Shown: in pieces, positions 40,600 through 54,484 of the stretch
How positions within the stretch are numbered: position 1 is the stretch's first letter
Layout: the number at the start of each line of letters is the position of its first letter
Assembly: GCA_012295275.1 (NCBI GenBank)
Contig: CM022673.1
Coordinates: 8,308,001 to 8,372,000 of the forward strand
Source: Chrysomallon squamiferum
Lineage: Eukaryota; Animalia; Mollusca
DNA: 64,000 nucleotides
Reading direction: 5' to 3'
The notes under the pieces: model-generated
What the model was told of the DNA's origin: nothing
Seen by the model: only the letters and a program-made list of their open reading frames with translations
Databases searched by the model: none
Position numbers and translations under genes: made by a program

Positions 40600-41393
40600 T
40601 CAGTCCTGGCACCCACACCTCGTCACCACGAAATCTGGCAGAACACGACTAACTAGCATCAACCCTTCCCGCCTGTAAACCAGACGCAGCGACTTGCGTT
40701 TTGTCGGGACGCACTCGGATTGCGTGGTCAGATCATTGCGACCCATGCACACGCCGGAGCAATACGCCGCCGTGAAGCCGGGAGGGGAGATAATCCAGTC
40801 GTCCCAGCCAATGTCACGAAAGTTGACCTCGATGGTCGACTTGCAGCACCTGTTGCGACGACGGTTGTTGCACTGCACTTGAATATTTCTCTTTGTTCTC
40901 GATTCAATCATCGTGTGAAGAATCAGAAAAGGCCTCCTGGAATTTAACTTCTTCTTTTTTAACTGTCTTGTATGTTTCAGCTGTCTTTTGTTCCGTTTAC
41001 CCGAATGAACCATGACTACTTGTGTGTGTTTGCGACAACCCCGACATTTGACGTACAGCAGTAACCTACCCTCGGAAGAATCGACCAGGTTTTGCATCAA
41101 CGTTTGCGGCAAAGTAACTTTAAACCATTTGTTCTTCTTAATTCGTGACTTCACTGAAGCAATCTTATCCAAAGGCTTTCCTTTATCATTGACCGTGAAT
41201 ACCGTCAAAATAATCCTCCTACCTCGGTTCTTTCGTTTTTTCTTTTTCCCGCCTTCTCGAAGAGAGGCTCGGTGTTTGCGACGTAATTTCGTCTTAACTC
41301 GAAGGAGCAGACTGGCGCTCTTAACAGTGAAATGTTTATTATGCGTGTCGTGTGCAAGGTGGAACTGAATAATGTTGTCGTCTGTGAAATTAT
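40600..41393 (-). CDS. TGF-beta ligand coding exon 2 (prodomain arm + mature growth factor)
   Basis: Acceptor ctttcag| at 41395-41394. Open frame DNFTDDNIIQFHL...RTKR NIQVQC...RCGCQD*. Confidence 0.95.
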
Positions 41394-41673
41394 CTGAAAG
41401 TACAATAACAGAATTTGTTTATTAATATACAAAAATTAATGAATGAATAAGACTTTAATTAAGTTATAAATGCTGTTGCAACAACAATTACCACCACCAC
41501 TCTGTGTTCTGTTTGTGTGTGAGTGTAAATAAATAAATAAATCAATAAAACCATAAATAAATAAATATAAATATATATATATATATTATCCTGCAATCAC
41601 TGTATATAGTCACTGAACAAAAATATAGCTTTTTGGGACGAACTTATTTTACTTCGATAAATTACTTGCTATT

Positions 41674-41759
<86 letters not shown>

Positions 41760-42624
41760 TCACTATTTAAAAGTAGGCTAGATTTTTTTTTTTTTAAACC
41801 CACCTATTTTGTAAACGGTTTTCATTTAAAGAATAACAAATTGTTTATTAAGAATTATTTTTTTTTGTAGGCGACAACGAAATCAGTTGTGCGTTTATTT
41901 ACTTTGTCGAGACCGGTGAATTTAGATGTGAAACAGTTAGTTTCATTTAGTTATGCATTATTAGTACTGCAGGATAACAGAAATAACTGGTTACCGTCAT
42001 AAGCTTTATCCTGCTCAGTCGAACAGCGATCGCTGCTCGGCGTTGACTCACTTCACTCAGCATTCCAGTCTTTGCAGGATAAAGCTGATATCTTATGACA
42101 GTAATCAGTTTTTCCCATATACAGAGGTACCTTGACTTACAAGTTTAATTCGTTCCGTGACCAAGATCGTAACTCAGTTTGATCGTATATCAAATCTATT
42201 TTCCCAACCATTAATCCATTCCATCCCCCAAAAAACCATCCCCAGATTTTTTTGTAACGTGTTTTTGTAAATGACAAATAGTGTATAAAAACAAAATAAA
42301 AGAGAATGTAAAGAAACAAATTGGTTTTGTAAAGTGTATTTATCTTGGAGATCAGACAAATTATTTTAACGCCTTAGGCTTGAGTTACAGCTTCAGTTTG
42401 GAACTACGCTCGTACTGCCTAGCCTTCCGCGGGAGGTAATAACGTGAAATAAGTGAGTGATAGGGGGATTCTGGTCGGATGTTGTGTTGTTCTTTGCGCC
42501 AACTAACGGCTGCGTATCTAAAGCTCGCTCTTAACTCGAATTTTGGCTCGCAACTCAAAACCGAACAAGCGTCTACTCGTAACTCGGAAAACTCGTAAGT
42601 TGAGGCACTTGTAAGATACCACTG

Positions 42625-42668
<44 letters not shown>

Positions 42669-45129
42669 AACACACATCAACACACAAACACATACACACA
42701 CGCACCATATACACACATACGTGTGCACAGTCCGGCAGAGAGACAAATAGACACATAGAGAGACAAATAGACACATAGATAGTAATTTATAAAGCAAAGA
42801 AATAATAAAATATAAAATAAAAATTATAATTATACGAAAATTTTGTTAAATGAAATATAAATGCTCAATAGGACAACTCAGTTGCCTGTGTTAATTAATT
42901 TAGGTTTTGGATAAAAAATTGCAAATAAAGGTGGCATTCAAACGTCTGTTCTCGATATTTTTATTTCTGTTACGTCCGTGTGTGTGTGTGCATGTGTGTG
43001 TGTCTGTCTATGTGTGTGTATGTGTATCTGTGTGTTTGCGCGCTTGTACTGTTTCTACTTATTTGATTGTCTGTCTCTGTTTCCATCTTTTCTGTACACA
43101 TAATTTCATCTGTTTCAACACAGAAACCCTGGCATCTGCAAAACTGTATTTCAGTGGATGTATTGTTTTCGTTGACATCCGCGGGAACTATGTAAACAGG
43201 GGTAACACAGGAAAACAGGGGATCCGTGCAATACGAATTTTGGAGAGACAAGCGGTTCCTTTTTACCTCTAACAGTTTGGCAGCGGCATTTGGTAAGAAA
43301 CCTTTCTCACTTGTTTTGATATGGTAATTATAAAGTTTAATCTATGTCGTTTGTTTAAAATAACGTAGAAGGAATATTAAGTCAGTTGTCTTGATTCTCC
43401 CACGACTGATCCAGTGTTTAACCGATTTCCAAATAAACCGTATATACTTTACTATATTTTTTTTCGTTTATCCATTATCGATTTACCTTGGTTGCCCATT
43501 AGATAAATGTGGTAGTAAATAATTACAGCATTCCTGCATTTACTGTATTTTTAGTGGATGAAGATACCATAAATACCATCACAACAAAAGATTAGTTGAT
43601 AAATCTGTAGCTTTCAATGCCTGTCTGATATGGATGCTTCTGCTAGACGGTGATAACGAGCATTTTAGGCATTGGTTTCTCTCGGTATTTTGTACTTAAT
43701 ATTTTGTATTTTATATTAATTCGGGATATGTGTGTGCGTGTATATGTTTATTTGTACGTATGTGTGTGTATGTGTGTGTACGTACGTATGTGGGTGTGAT
43801 TGTCTGTGTCAGTATGTACCAGCACCAGTACATTCTCATTCGCATTCTCATTTTTGACTTCTGTTTAAGCAGGAAACACGAGCATTTATGTAAAAAGCAG
43901 AAACAAAACAACTCCAATGATAATAATAACAGCCATAGTCATAATCACAAAATAAACAATAGTAATAACCATGAAACCCCACCCCAAAAAACAAAAAGTA
44001 AACAATAAAAACAACAAAACAACAACAACAAAAAATACACACAAAAAAACAACAACAACAACAACAAAAAAACCCAAACAAATGGCATATGAACACAAAA
44101 CAAGTCATAGGCAAATAACTTAATGCATGTTGAACGTTCCTGTTTATCACTGCTAGATTTATGTTAGTAATGTGAGAAGAATACAGAACACACAGAAACA
44201 CCCACGCGCGTGCATATGTACGCTCATATCTTTAACAAACTAATGGCTAAACGAAAACGTTGAGACAATAAAGACTGCTTCCTGACATTTATGTGCATGT
44301 TAATAACTGCAGAAAGACTGAAAAAAGTTCGCAGTCGTGAAGGTATTAGCCTTTGATTGTTTTTGTTTCTGTGTTTGCTATGGAAGATCAGAGATGCTTT
44401 CAGAATTTTATTGACAGATTTATTGTAGTAATAATGTCATTGTGTGTTTGTTTCTCTCTTTTCTTTGCCTCCATGTTTGTCTCATTTCTCTCTATCTCGC
44501 ATTTACTTTTTTTTTTTTTCTTTTTTCTTTGTTTCCTTGGTGGTGTTTTTTTTTATATTTGTCTTTTTCGCTTATTATGTCTTTGTTTCCTTTTTCGTTC
44601 TTTCATTTTTTTTTCCCTTTCTGTATCAATTTCCTCTGTTATTTATTTTCATTTCTTTTTATTCTTTCTTACTGTTTTCCTACGTCCCTTCTTCACTCCC
44701 TTGCCCTATATGTCTTTATCTCCCCCTCTCTCTCTCTTTCTTTCTTTCTTTCCCTTCTTTCTTTCATTCATTCATTCATTCTTTCTTTCTTTCTTTAAGC
44801 TTCTCGAAAGCTAGCCATCCAAAGCATGAGTCTCCTTTCTAATCGTATACTACTCACCAGGTGCTTCAGAAAAGCTAATTATTTATCTCCCTCTCTCCCT
44901 TTCTTTCTTTCTTTCTTTCCCTTCTTTCTTTCTTTCATTCTTTCTTTCTTTCTTTCTTTCTTTCTTTCATTCATTCATTCATTCTTTCATTCATTCATTC
45001 TTTCTTTCTTTAAGCTTCTCGAAACCTAGCCATCCAAAGCATCAGTCTCCTTTCTAATCGTATACTACTCACCAGGTGCTTCAGAAAAGCTAATTATTTA
45101 TCTCCCTCTCTCTTTCTTTTTCCTTTTTT

Positions 45130-45162
<33 letters not shown>

Positions 45163-45314
45163 TTTTCTTTCATTCATTCATTCATTCATTTTCATTCATT
45201 CTTTCTTTCTTTAAGCTTCTCGAAACCTAGCCATCCAAAGCATCAGTCTCTTTTCTAATCGTATACTACTCACCAGGTGCTTCAGAAAAGCTAATTATTT
45301 ATCTCCCTCTCTCC

Positions 45315-45365
<51 letters not shown>

Positions 45366-45792
45366 TCCCTTCTTTCTTTCTTTCATTCATTCTTTCCTTT
45401 TTTCATTTATTCATTCATTCATTCATTCTTTCTTTCTTTAAGCTTCTCGAAACCTAGCCATCCAAAGCATCAGTCTCTTTTCTAATCGTGTACTCACCAG
45501 GTGCTTCAGAAAAGCTAATGATCTCGTTCACTTCGGCGGGCCGTCCCTTGGGACTGGTGATGTTGTGTATCAGAACGTAGAGATTATTCTGGCTGGGCGG
45601 GGTCGCCAGAGGTCGATTATTGAGACCGAGTCCTCGTAAAATTTCATGCTTAATCTTCTCCATGGCTTTCAACCGTGTCAGGTTTTTATGAAACGTCTGA
45701 GTGTCTAAACCAGCAGCAGGCTGCCGGGCAGCAGTCATCAAAATCAGTGTGGAAGTCAGCTTAATGAACGCCGCTATTTTTAAATCATTCAT
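40600..45792 (-). CDS. Activin/inhibin-beta-like TGF-beta superfamily ligand precursor, 2 coding exons, about 362 aa
   Basis: Exon 45792-45498 (295 nt) joins exon 41393-40600 (794 nt) in phase 1. It encodes a hydrophobic signal peptide, the prodomain motif EKIKHEILRGLGL..P, WFKV and PFLILH prodomain strands, a furin site RTKR (40899-40888) and a 95-aa cystine-knot domain (CC...FRDIGWDDWIISP.G...YCSGVC...CVPTK...CGC). An acceptor at 45809-45810 implies an upstream UTR exon. Confidence 0.95.
41985..42110. mobile_element. Short foldback / MITE element
   Basis: Inverted arms aactggttaccgtcataag-ctttatcctgc and gcaggataaagctgatatcttatgacagtaatcagtt. Confidence 0.65.
42122..42624. mobile_element. 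Tc1/mariner (pogo/Tigger-like) non-autonomous element
   Basis: TA|CAGAGGTACCTTGACTTACAAGT...ACTTGTAAGATACCACTG|TA, with imperfect TIRs, a TA TSD and subterminal CTCGTAA repeats. Confidence 0.8.
44797..45520. repeat. Four-copy tandem repeat of the ligand exon/intron junction interleaved with (TTTC)/(TTCA) microsatellites
   Basis: Unit aagcttctcgaaa.ctagccatccaaagcat.agtctc.tttctaatcgt...ctcaccaggtgcttcagaaaagctaat starts at about 44797, 45012, 45213 and 45440. Confidence 0.95.
45498..45792 (-). CDS. TGF-beta ligand coding exon 1 (signal peptide + straitjacket region)
   Basis: MNDLKIAAFIKLTSTLILMTAA...AMEKIKHEILRGLGLNNRP...EIISFSEAP followed by donor CTG|GTGAGT. Confidence 0.9.
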
Positions 45793-46300
45793 TTTGTTGT
45801 ATCCAGTCCTAAAATCGAAAGAGAAGAATATTTATAGCATGAATCGTTCAGGTGTTGTTTTTTTTTTAGCTGTTAATTATTTTATTTTAATTTATGTAAT
45901 AATAATTAGTTACTAACGAAGAAAGACAAAAAAAAAAAAAAAAAAACATCATAAAATTATGACGTATCCGACTGCAGGATAGCAACAAAGAATCAAAGAA
46001 CCAAAATAATAATCAAAGATACGAAATACGTAAGAAAATAAATGAACAGTCAAAGAAACAAAATAAATGAATGAATAAATAAATAAATAAATAAATACAA
46101 AATTAAAGAAAGAAGAAGAAAATACATACATTCATCCTATTAGCGGCATACTAATATAACTACAGTATTTATCTTATTATTTCATGACATACTTAAAACA
46201 ACAACAACAACAAACCACAAAAACTGTTTGCTTTTGTAATTACAAGTTGTAGGTCAAAGTCACATACACCAGATTTTATCATTATCATTAATCATAGAGA

Positions 46301-46303
<3 letters not shown>

Positions 46304-46392
<89 letters not shown>
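46304..46392. repeat. (CT)n microsatellite
   Basis: Pure CT run. Confidence 0.95.
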
Positions 46393-46394
<2 letters not shown>

Positions 46395-46995
46395 GTAACT
46401 AAATTTAATAATATATCACTATGTTAATGTATAAATATATATAAAATATATGAATACGTAAATACTAAAAAAAAAAAAAAAAAAAAAATAAAAATAAATA
46501 AATAAAACAAAATAAATAAAATAAATAAATAAGGAAATAAAGAAATAAAGAAAGAAAGACAGAAAGAAAGAAAGAAAGAAATGAAAAAAAAAAAATTAAT
46601 AATTAAATATATAAATAAATGGTTTTCGCACGATCAAACTTTTTCTTTTCCAAATACGGTATTTTGTTAAGAAACTGTTTTCGTCACGTAGTTGTTATGA
46701 ATATGTTATGTCCTGTAATTTAAACTGTCGTAATAAAATGAAAAATAAGTCCGGAAACGGGATGCTATTATTCAGTCCTATTTATCACACTGTCAACAAA
46801 ACACATCACACAAAACGTTTCGGTATTTCAATCTTTTTTTTTCAGTCTTCTTGGTGCCTTGACTGCTGATTTGTTTTGTTAATTTATCAATATGCCTTTG
46901 ATTTTTTTTTTTTGTAGAAATGATTAAAGATATTACAGATAGAAATGTAGACTTATATAAAACTGGGTTTGAAAACCTACACAGACGGATGGAAC

Positions 46996-47645
<650 letters not shown>

Positions 47646-49713
47646 GATAGAAGAATACAACAGAATAATACATCAGTTTACAACGAGGTATCATAGCCGT
47701 GTTATCTGAGTGTTAGACAAAACCATTTCATCTCACAAACACCTTGCTTTCTCAGTTTATTAGCGGATCTCGATAACACGTATAACTCGAGTGGTAAGGC
47801 GCTTCGTCTTTCACCAAGTTATTTTAGTGTTCAGATTTTAAAGAACGATTAAAGAAATGATTTATGAGTTCGTTGACGAATATGTTTTATCTTAATGGCT
47901 ATCAGTGAAACGTCTGTTTGAAAAAGGAAAATAGCATCTTGAGTTCTTCAGCAGCTTCGGAAAACACCAAAGTGATGTAACGTACAACAATAGATTACGC
48001 TACGAATTATGGAAAGCCACTGCAATGTTATCTTTATTATTATAAATAGTTTATAATTACTGTACTTGATTCAGATTGACGGTGCCCAAAAAAATAAAAT
48101 AAAATAAAATAAAAAAAGAATACTTTGATATATTAGAACAAAAAAAAACATCCCAAAAATTAAAATAAACACAGCAAATGATCATTTCAACATCTAATCA
48201 AATATCCAACCAGATTTTCAGACAACCAAATAACCAGCAAACCAGCCAATCGAGGAAGCAGGAAGCAAACAAACAAACAACCAGTCCATTAATTACTCAA
48301 ACCAAACATAAATACAACAAACAAAAAATAACCTTTGAGGATTCTAGCAACAGTTCTTCTGTATCAACAACAAAAATCTTTTTAATGTTACGTTCTTTCA
48401 AACAGTGAGAACAACATATACCACACATTTTTGATATATCATTGGTTCAACTATATTTTTAGAACGGAAAAAAAAAAAAAAATGCTCCGTAGGGCAGCTA
48501 ATTTTACCGATTAAAAGCAAATGGTCTTTTATATTCATCTTTTTGAACTCACAAAGGCACACACCGTGCTTTTCGATACCTCAGTGGTGATGCACTGGTT
48601 GCGGCGGGCATTTGCCCAAGAACCGATGTTCGCGTCTAGATTTTTCTGGAAGCTCAAGATTAAAGAAAGAAATAAGAAATTGGTGAGAATTTCGAATGAA
48701 AACGTTTACGTTATAATCTCTCGTTAACACAGGCATACTGCCAGGAACGCGAGTTTTTTTTTTTTTTTTTTTTTCTTGTTTTTTTTTCTTCGTCTTTTAA
48801 AATGTTTAAACTTTTGGAACCGGCATTCAGCGGAATGTTTTCAGTTCTTTTCTCCCAAAGGAGCCGCAGATACAGTTGCATTTACAAAATAACATTTTCC
48901 ACTGCGCGCGTTACTGATTGATCAGATCATAAACATAGCAAATACGACAACAGCAACAACAATATAATGATGATGATGATGATGATGAAAATTCAGACAG
49001 TTATCAAGATGATAATGCGGGTTTGTAAAGATGATATTGCTACAACAACAACAACAACAACAACAGCAAGAAGAAGAAGAAGAAGAAGAAGAAGAAATTA
49101 AAATAATAATAACAACAAAAAAATAAAATATATAAAAAATATTAATAAATAAGGACAATGGTTGCTTCCATGGCCAATTAAAGGTGTAATGGCACCATGC
49201 AAGAAACTACATATTCTTGTTAAGAGCAGTGGAGATATTTACAGTTTCTCCCCGTCTTCTTTTTGTCATAAAAGTGCGTTTATTTTTGGCAAGACCTAAT
49301 ATATCATTTTTGGTGAACGTCATCTTTTAGTGCGCAGGCGTGTGAATGACTGTTAAAAGGAACGTGGAGTAATTTTTGAGTCGAGATAATTCAGAAAACG
49401 ATTCTCTCATAACTGGAACATAGACGTAATGTACATTTTTTATTTTTATATATTTTTATTTATTTTTTTTCATATTTTTTTTTTTTTTATAAAGTTAAGG
49501 AGAGAAAAAAAGATTAATGCACCAAATCTTTGTAAAGAAAACATTAATACAAAATCCAGAATAAAAATTTAAAAAAATTACAAAAACACAAAACAAATCC
49601 AGGCGAAAAGAAATAAAGTAAACGAAACGGTGATAATAAAAGAAAAACAAAACAAACGAAAAAAAAAAAAAGATAGAGGAAAATAAATAAATTAATAAAA
49701 AAAAATATATATA

Positions 49714-49758
<45 letters not shown>

Positions 49759-50196
49759 AATAAAAACAAAAATAAAAAATAGATAAAAGAAAGTAAAAAA
49801 TAGAAAAATATGGCAAAAATGTAGGCCGCAAAACTACTTTTAGCATAGTAATTTAAATCAAAAAAAAAAAAAAAAAAAAGAAAGAAAGAAAAAAAAGAAA
49901 GAAAATTAAAAAGAAAAGAAAAGAAAAAAAGAGATAAAAGAAACAAGAAAAGAAAGACAAAAAACAGGTGAAAAACAAAGAAAAAAATAGACCTTTTAGT
50001 ATAATCCTAAGTAAATATAGAGTACGTCAGAAAGGTTTAACGTTTCTGGAAATTAGCATATTACATGAGCGCACAAAAACCATTCGATGAATTTAAGTAG
50101 TGTTTTTGTAGAACACATACATTTAAGATTACTGAAAAGAGCAAGTAATACTGAGTTTTTGCTAATGAATCATCTCTTCCAGTGCTGAAGTAATAA

Positions 50197-50420
<224 letters not shown>

Positions 50421-51537
50421 AAATAATAAAGCAAAAAGATAAGGAATAAGCAGGAAAATGAAACTGAAGTTTATCAAATAAATTTCATTTTCATTCATCA
50501 TATCTGTTTACTTTTTTCTTGATTTCTTCTCGTAGGTTTCTTCAATAACTAATCTTGAAGTACGTGAAATGGACATTTTTATCAGTTATATTTTATTTTT
50601 CTATCCATCTTTCTCCTTTTTCTCCCCCTCCCCTTTTTTTTTCTTTATCTTCTCAATCCTTTTATTAATTTTGCTATTGTTCCACCTTCACCTTCTACGC
50701 CATTTTCGTTTCGTTTTTTTTTTTTTTTTTAATTTATTTTTATAATTTTGTAAATAAAAATATTTTCTTCAGTAGATTTTCTCCAAGGGTACGATACATA
50801 CGTAAGTACTTTGCACTTGTGCATTATTTGGAAAAATATACACTTGTAGAGACAGTGAGAACTTTGTGCAGTTAAAAAAAAAATTAGAGATTAAAAATAA
50901 AAATATAAAATGAAAAAATATGTGTATAAATATGTCGAAGCCAAGCTGCTAAGGAATTTCGTTCGAACTCTTCACCTCGTTTAGTTGTACCATAATTCTG
51001 ACTTCTAACAGGCGTAAAACGTATAAAAAAATATAAATAAACAATTAAATACAATTACTAAATAAATAAAAACGCCAGATAAATAGAAAGAGAGAGAGAA
51101 AGAAAGAAAGAGAGAAAAAAGAAAAGGTGAAAAAGGGGGAAGAATTCGAGTGTAGGAGTTCATGTTAAGGAAAAATTGGGGTTTTTTTTAATTTAAGTTT
51201 GTTTTGAAAATTCTTCTTCTTCTTGTCTGTAGTGCGATTCGTTATTATTATTATTATTATTATTATAATTATTATTATTATTATTATTAATACTATTATT
51301 ATTATTATTATTTAATATATAAGTGGATGGTTTTGTTTTTTTTAATTATTATTATTGATACCATTAACCTCCGAATGACCCTTGACATATCAACAGTTCA
51401 AAAACACGGTGAGTACTTCTGTACTGTAAAGTCAACATTTAAAGGGGTTAATGATGTACACTTTATTTCACTCATATATTTTTTTTTTTCTGGTTGACAT
51501 TCAGAGATAGTTTTTAAATCTTTCTTTTTTTTTAAAT

Positions 51538-51572
<35 letters not shown>

Positions 51573-51976
51573 TTTTAAGAAAAAAGAAAAAGAGAAAAAG
51601 AAACAAGGCATGTCTTTACTTCATCACTTTTTTTTTCTCTTTATTTTCCTTACACAATTTTTCTGTCTTTCTTTCCCACGTTCATCTTTTCTTTATATAA
51701 ATTGCTTTTTTTTTTTTTTTTTTCGTTTCTCGATTGATTTTTTTTTTCTTCCGTTCATCTACTGATTATTTTTATTCCTTGACTGTATTCCTTATTTTTT
51801 TCTTCGTCATTCATTTATATTTATTTTATTTCTTGTTGGAGAAAGAGTGATAAAATACTAATATGCAAACTTACAGATAGTAAAGACACCACTGGTGTTG
51901 TCACTATAACTCATATACTGGTTCTTTCTTTTCTTCTTGTTTCGTCATCATTCTTTCATTCTCTCTTTGTTTCGGG

Positions 51977-52008
<32 letters not shown>

Positions 52009-53844
52009 ACAACACATTTTAGCACGATAATTCAATACAAATACTTGAACCTTACAGACAAACCTTGTTTTTCAGGACGTCTCTGAGTGCTTTGCGTTTG
52101 TCTATATTTTGTCAATAGAGATAGTCCCTATCAACTCCCAGAGATACAAAAATCAGCTCTATGCGGTACAAATGTCTGAATTATTCGGAAATGAAGACTC
52201 TTACAAAACTGTTTCATCGCTTTTACGCGTCTGTGTTCCGAACGACTTGCAGCAAATTACGCGGAATGAGGTCGAAGGCTGCTTCAGAAAGAAATACTGG
52301 CACATATTTTTACGTCTTCGAAAGAAGTTTTGAAATGCCAGTATTTCGTCTGTGGAAACAAGGTCTTCTTATGATAATCTTGAAGATAGGATTTAAAAGC
52401 AGGTTAAATTCCCGTCTGGCGTCTAAAAACATTTTTTATTTTTTTTTTTTTTTTTTTTCTCATTTTCTTTTTCTTATTTTTTGGTTGGTTGTTTGTTTGT
52501 TTTGTTGAGGTTTTGCTAAAGTAAAGAATTTGCTAAAGATATTACTGGTGATATTATTATTGTATTTGTTTTATTGATTATTATTGATATTGTTGTTGTT
52601 GTTATTATTATTATTTCCAATTATTATTATTTTTTTTATTATTATTATTATTATTATTGTTGTTGTTGTTGTTGTTGTTTTCAGTGTAGCTATAATTGTT
52701 GTTAATAAATATGCCAATATAAACTCGTAAATGATGTGCACTATCCTACTGATAATCCCCTCATCGAAATCGCTTGAGGATAGGATTTAAGTCTAAAAAC
52801 AAAACCTAAAGATGTACTATATACAGCTTATATAGTCTGCAGATATTACTGTTCTTATAATATCTGACAGTAGCCATGTGACCTGAATTTTTTTTCATTA
52901 TTTAAATATGGAACGCACACCTTTGACAGTTGTATAAACATAAACTTGTAACGTGTATCAGTGACAGTTGAATGGCATAATTCTGTACAGACACCTCTGA
53001 CTATTACATGAGCATAACCTTGTAACTTGCATCACTGACAACTGTATGAAATGATTTACCATTGACCTATTATGAACTAATGAGTGTCTGGCTGTCTGTT
53101 TCTCTCTCTCTCTCTCTCTCTCTTTTCTCTCTCTCTCTCTCTCAGACACGAGTGGGCTTTGTTTCTGAAGGCGAGCGCAGACATCCTTATCACTAGATCA
53201 CAAACAGAAGTATTTGACTGAAGACCCTAAGTAAACATTTGTACAACACCGTGGCACATAAACCTGTAGATATTTGCACGCTAACCCAGTAACACGAATG
53301 ATAGGCTAACAGCTGCAAAGAGGCGACTGGAGTACGGTATACGTAGGTTGTACTCTAAACGATTACGTACGCACTTCTGTTTTGTCACGTGATGAAAACA
53401 TAAACATCTGCGGATTGCAGTGACGTCATCCAAAGTTTCATTTCCTAGATGGAGGGCATCTACCGAATTGTTGTGGACTCCCGAGGCCAAAAATCAACAA
53501 CTTGTGGCAGAACCAGCAGATGTTTGTTCTTATGACGTTTTTCAAACTTTGTTTTGTTCACCACAGCTGGCCTCATTTCTGCTGACTAAATGTACTTTTA
53601 GATTTTCGTATTCGCAAATTGACACATCGCGAAATGCAGTTATCGATACAAGTGCTTGCTTTCTTTGTTCTAAAATATTTAATATATATATTATTTCTTC
53701 TTTTCGAATGAACTAGACATGCATCTTTTTTTTTTTTTCTCTCTCTCCTGCGCGATCGTCTTTCAGTGCGATTAATCAAAAAAAATCAGGTGGCTTCCGG
53801 TTCCGACAAAGCAAAAGCTAACTGTAGATCGAAAAGTAGATAAA

Positions 53845-53881
<37 letters not shown>

Positions 53882-54238
53882 CCTGCCCCCAAGAAAGAAA
53901 GCTTTCTGACGTAAAAAAATAAAATAATATTACATTTATCAACAACGTACAGCCATATATCTATCTATCTATCTTACCTACACACACAGACACACACACG
54001 TACACACACATTCAGTCGTTTATTCATTCACTAATTCAGCTATTCTGTTCATTCATACTTTTATTCATATCAGTTCTCCTCCTCGTTGTTGTTGTTGGAT
54101 ATTATTATTATTATTATTATCAAATCGTGCTGTGTAACAATGAAATCACAGACTGTAGTGACAGTAATGAGACTCTACGATCCTGTAAAACGTAGAGAGA
54201 TGTAACTGTTTTTGCTGTATGGGCCAATTTTTTCTTCT

Positions 54239-54270
<32 letters not shown>

Positions 54271-54484
54271 CTTGAGTAATAAAGAAAAAAAAAAATACAA
54301 GGTAACCGCAGCGTTTACCAGATTTATTGCTGATGTGTAACACTGATATCATGGCACGTACCACATGCACGGCCTTTGATAAGCGAACCCTGTACAAGAA
54401 AACAAAATGGGTCTGTTGATGCACATCGAATCAATGACCTCTGACACGCTAGGAGGAGGCGACGCAACGTGAATGAGTAGGATT

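Noticed and set aside
40694-41368. Plus-strand ORFs overlapping the ligand exon
   Set aside because: Antisense shadows of a GC-richer coding exon.
47782-47840. tRNA-like A-box sequence (taactcgagtggtaaggcgc)
   Set aside because: No intact B box or cloverleaf. At most a decayed SINE head.
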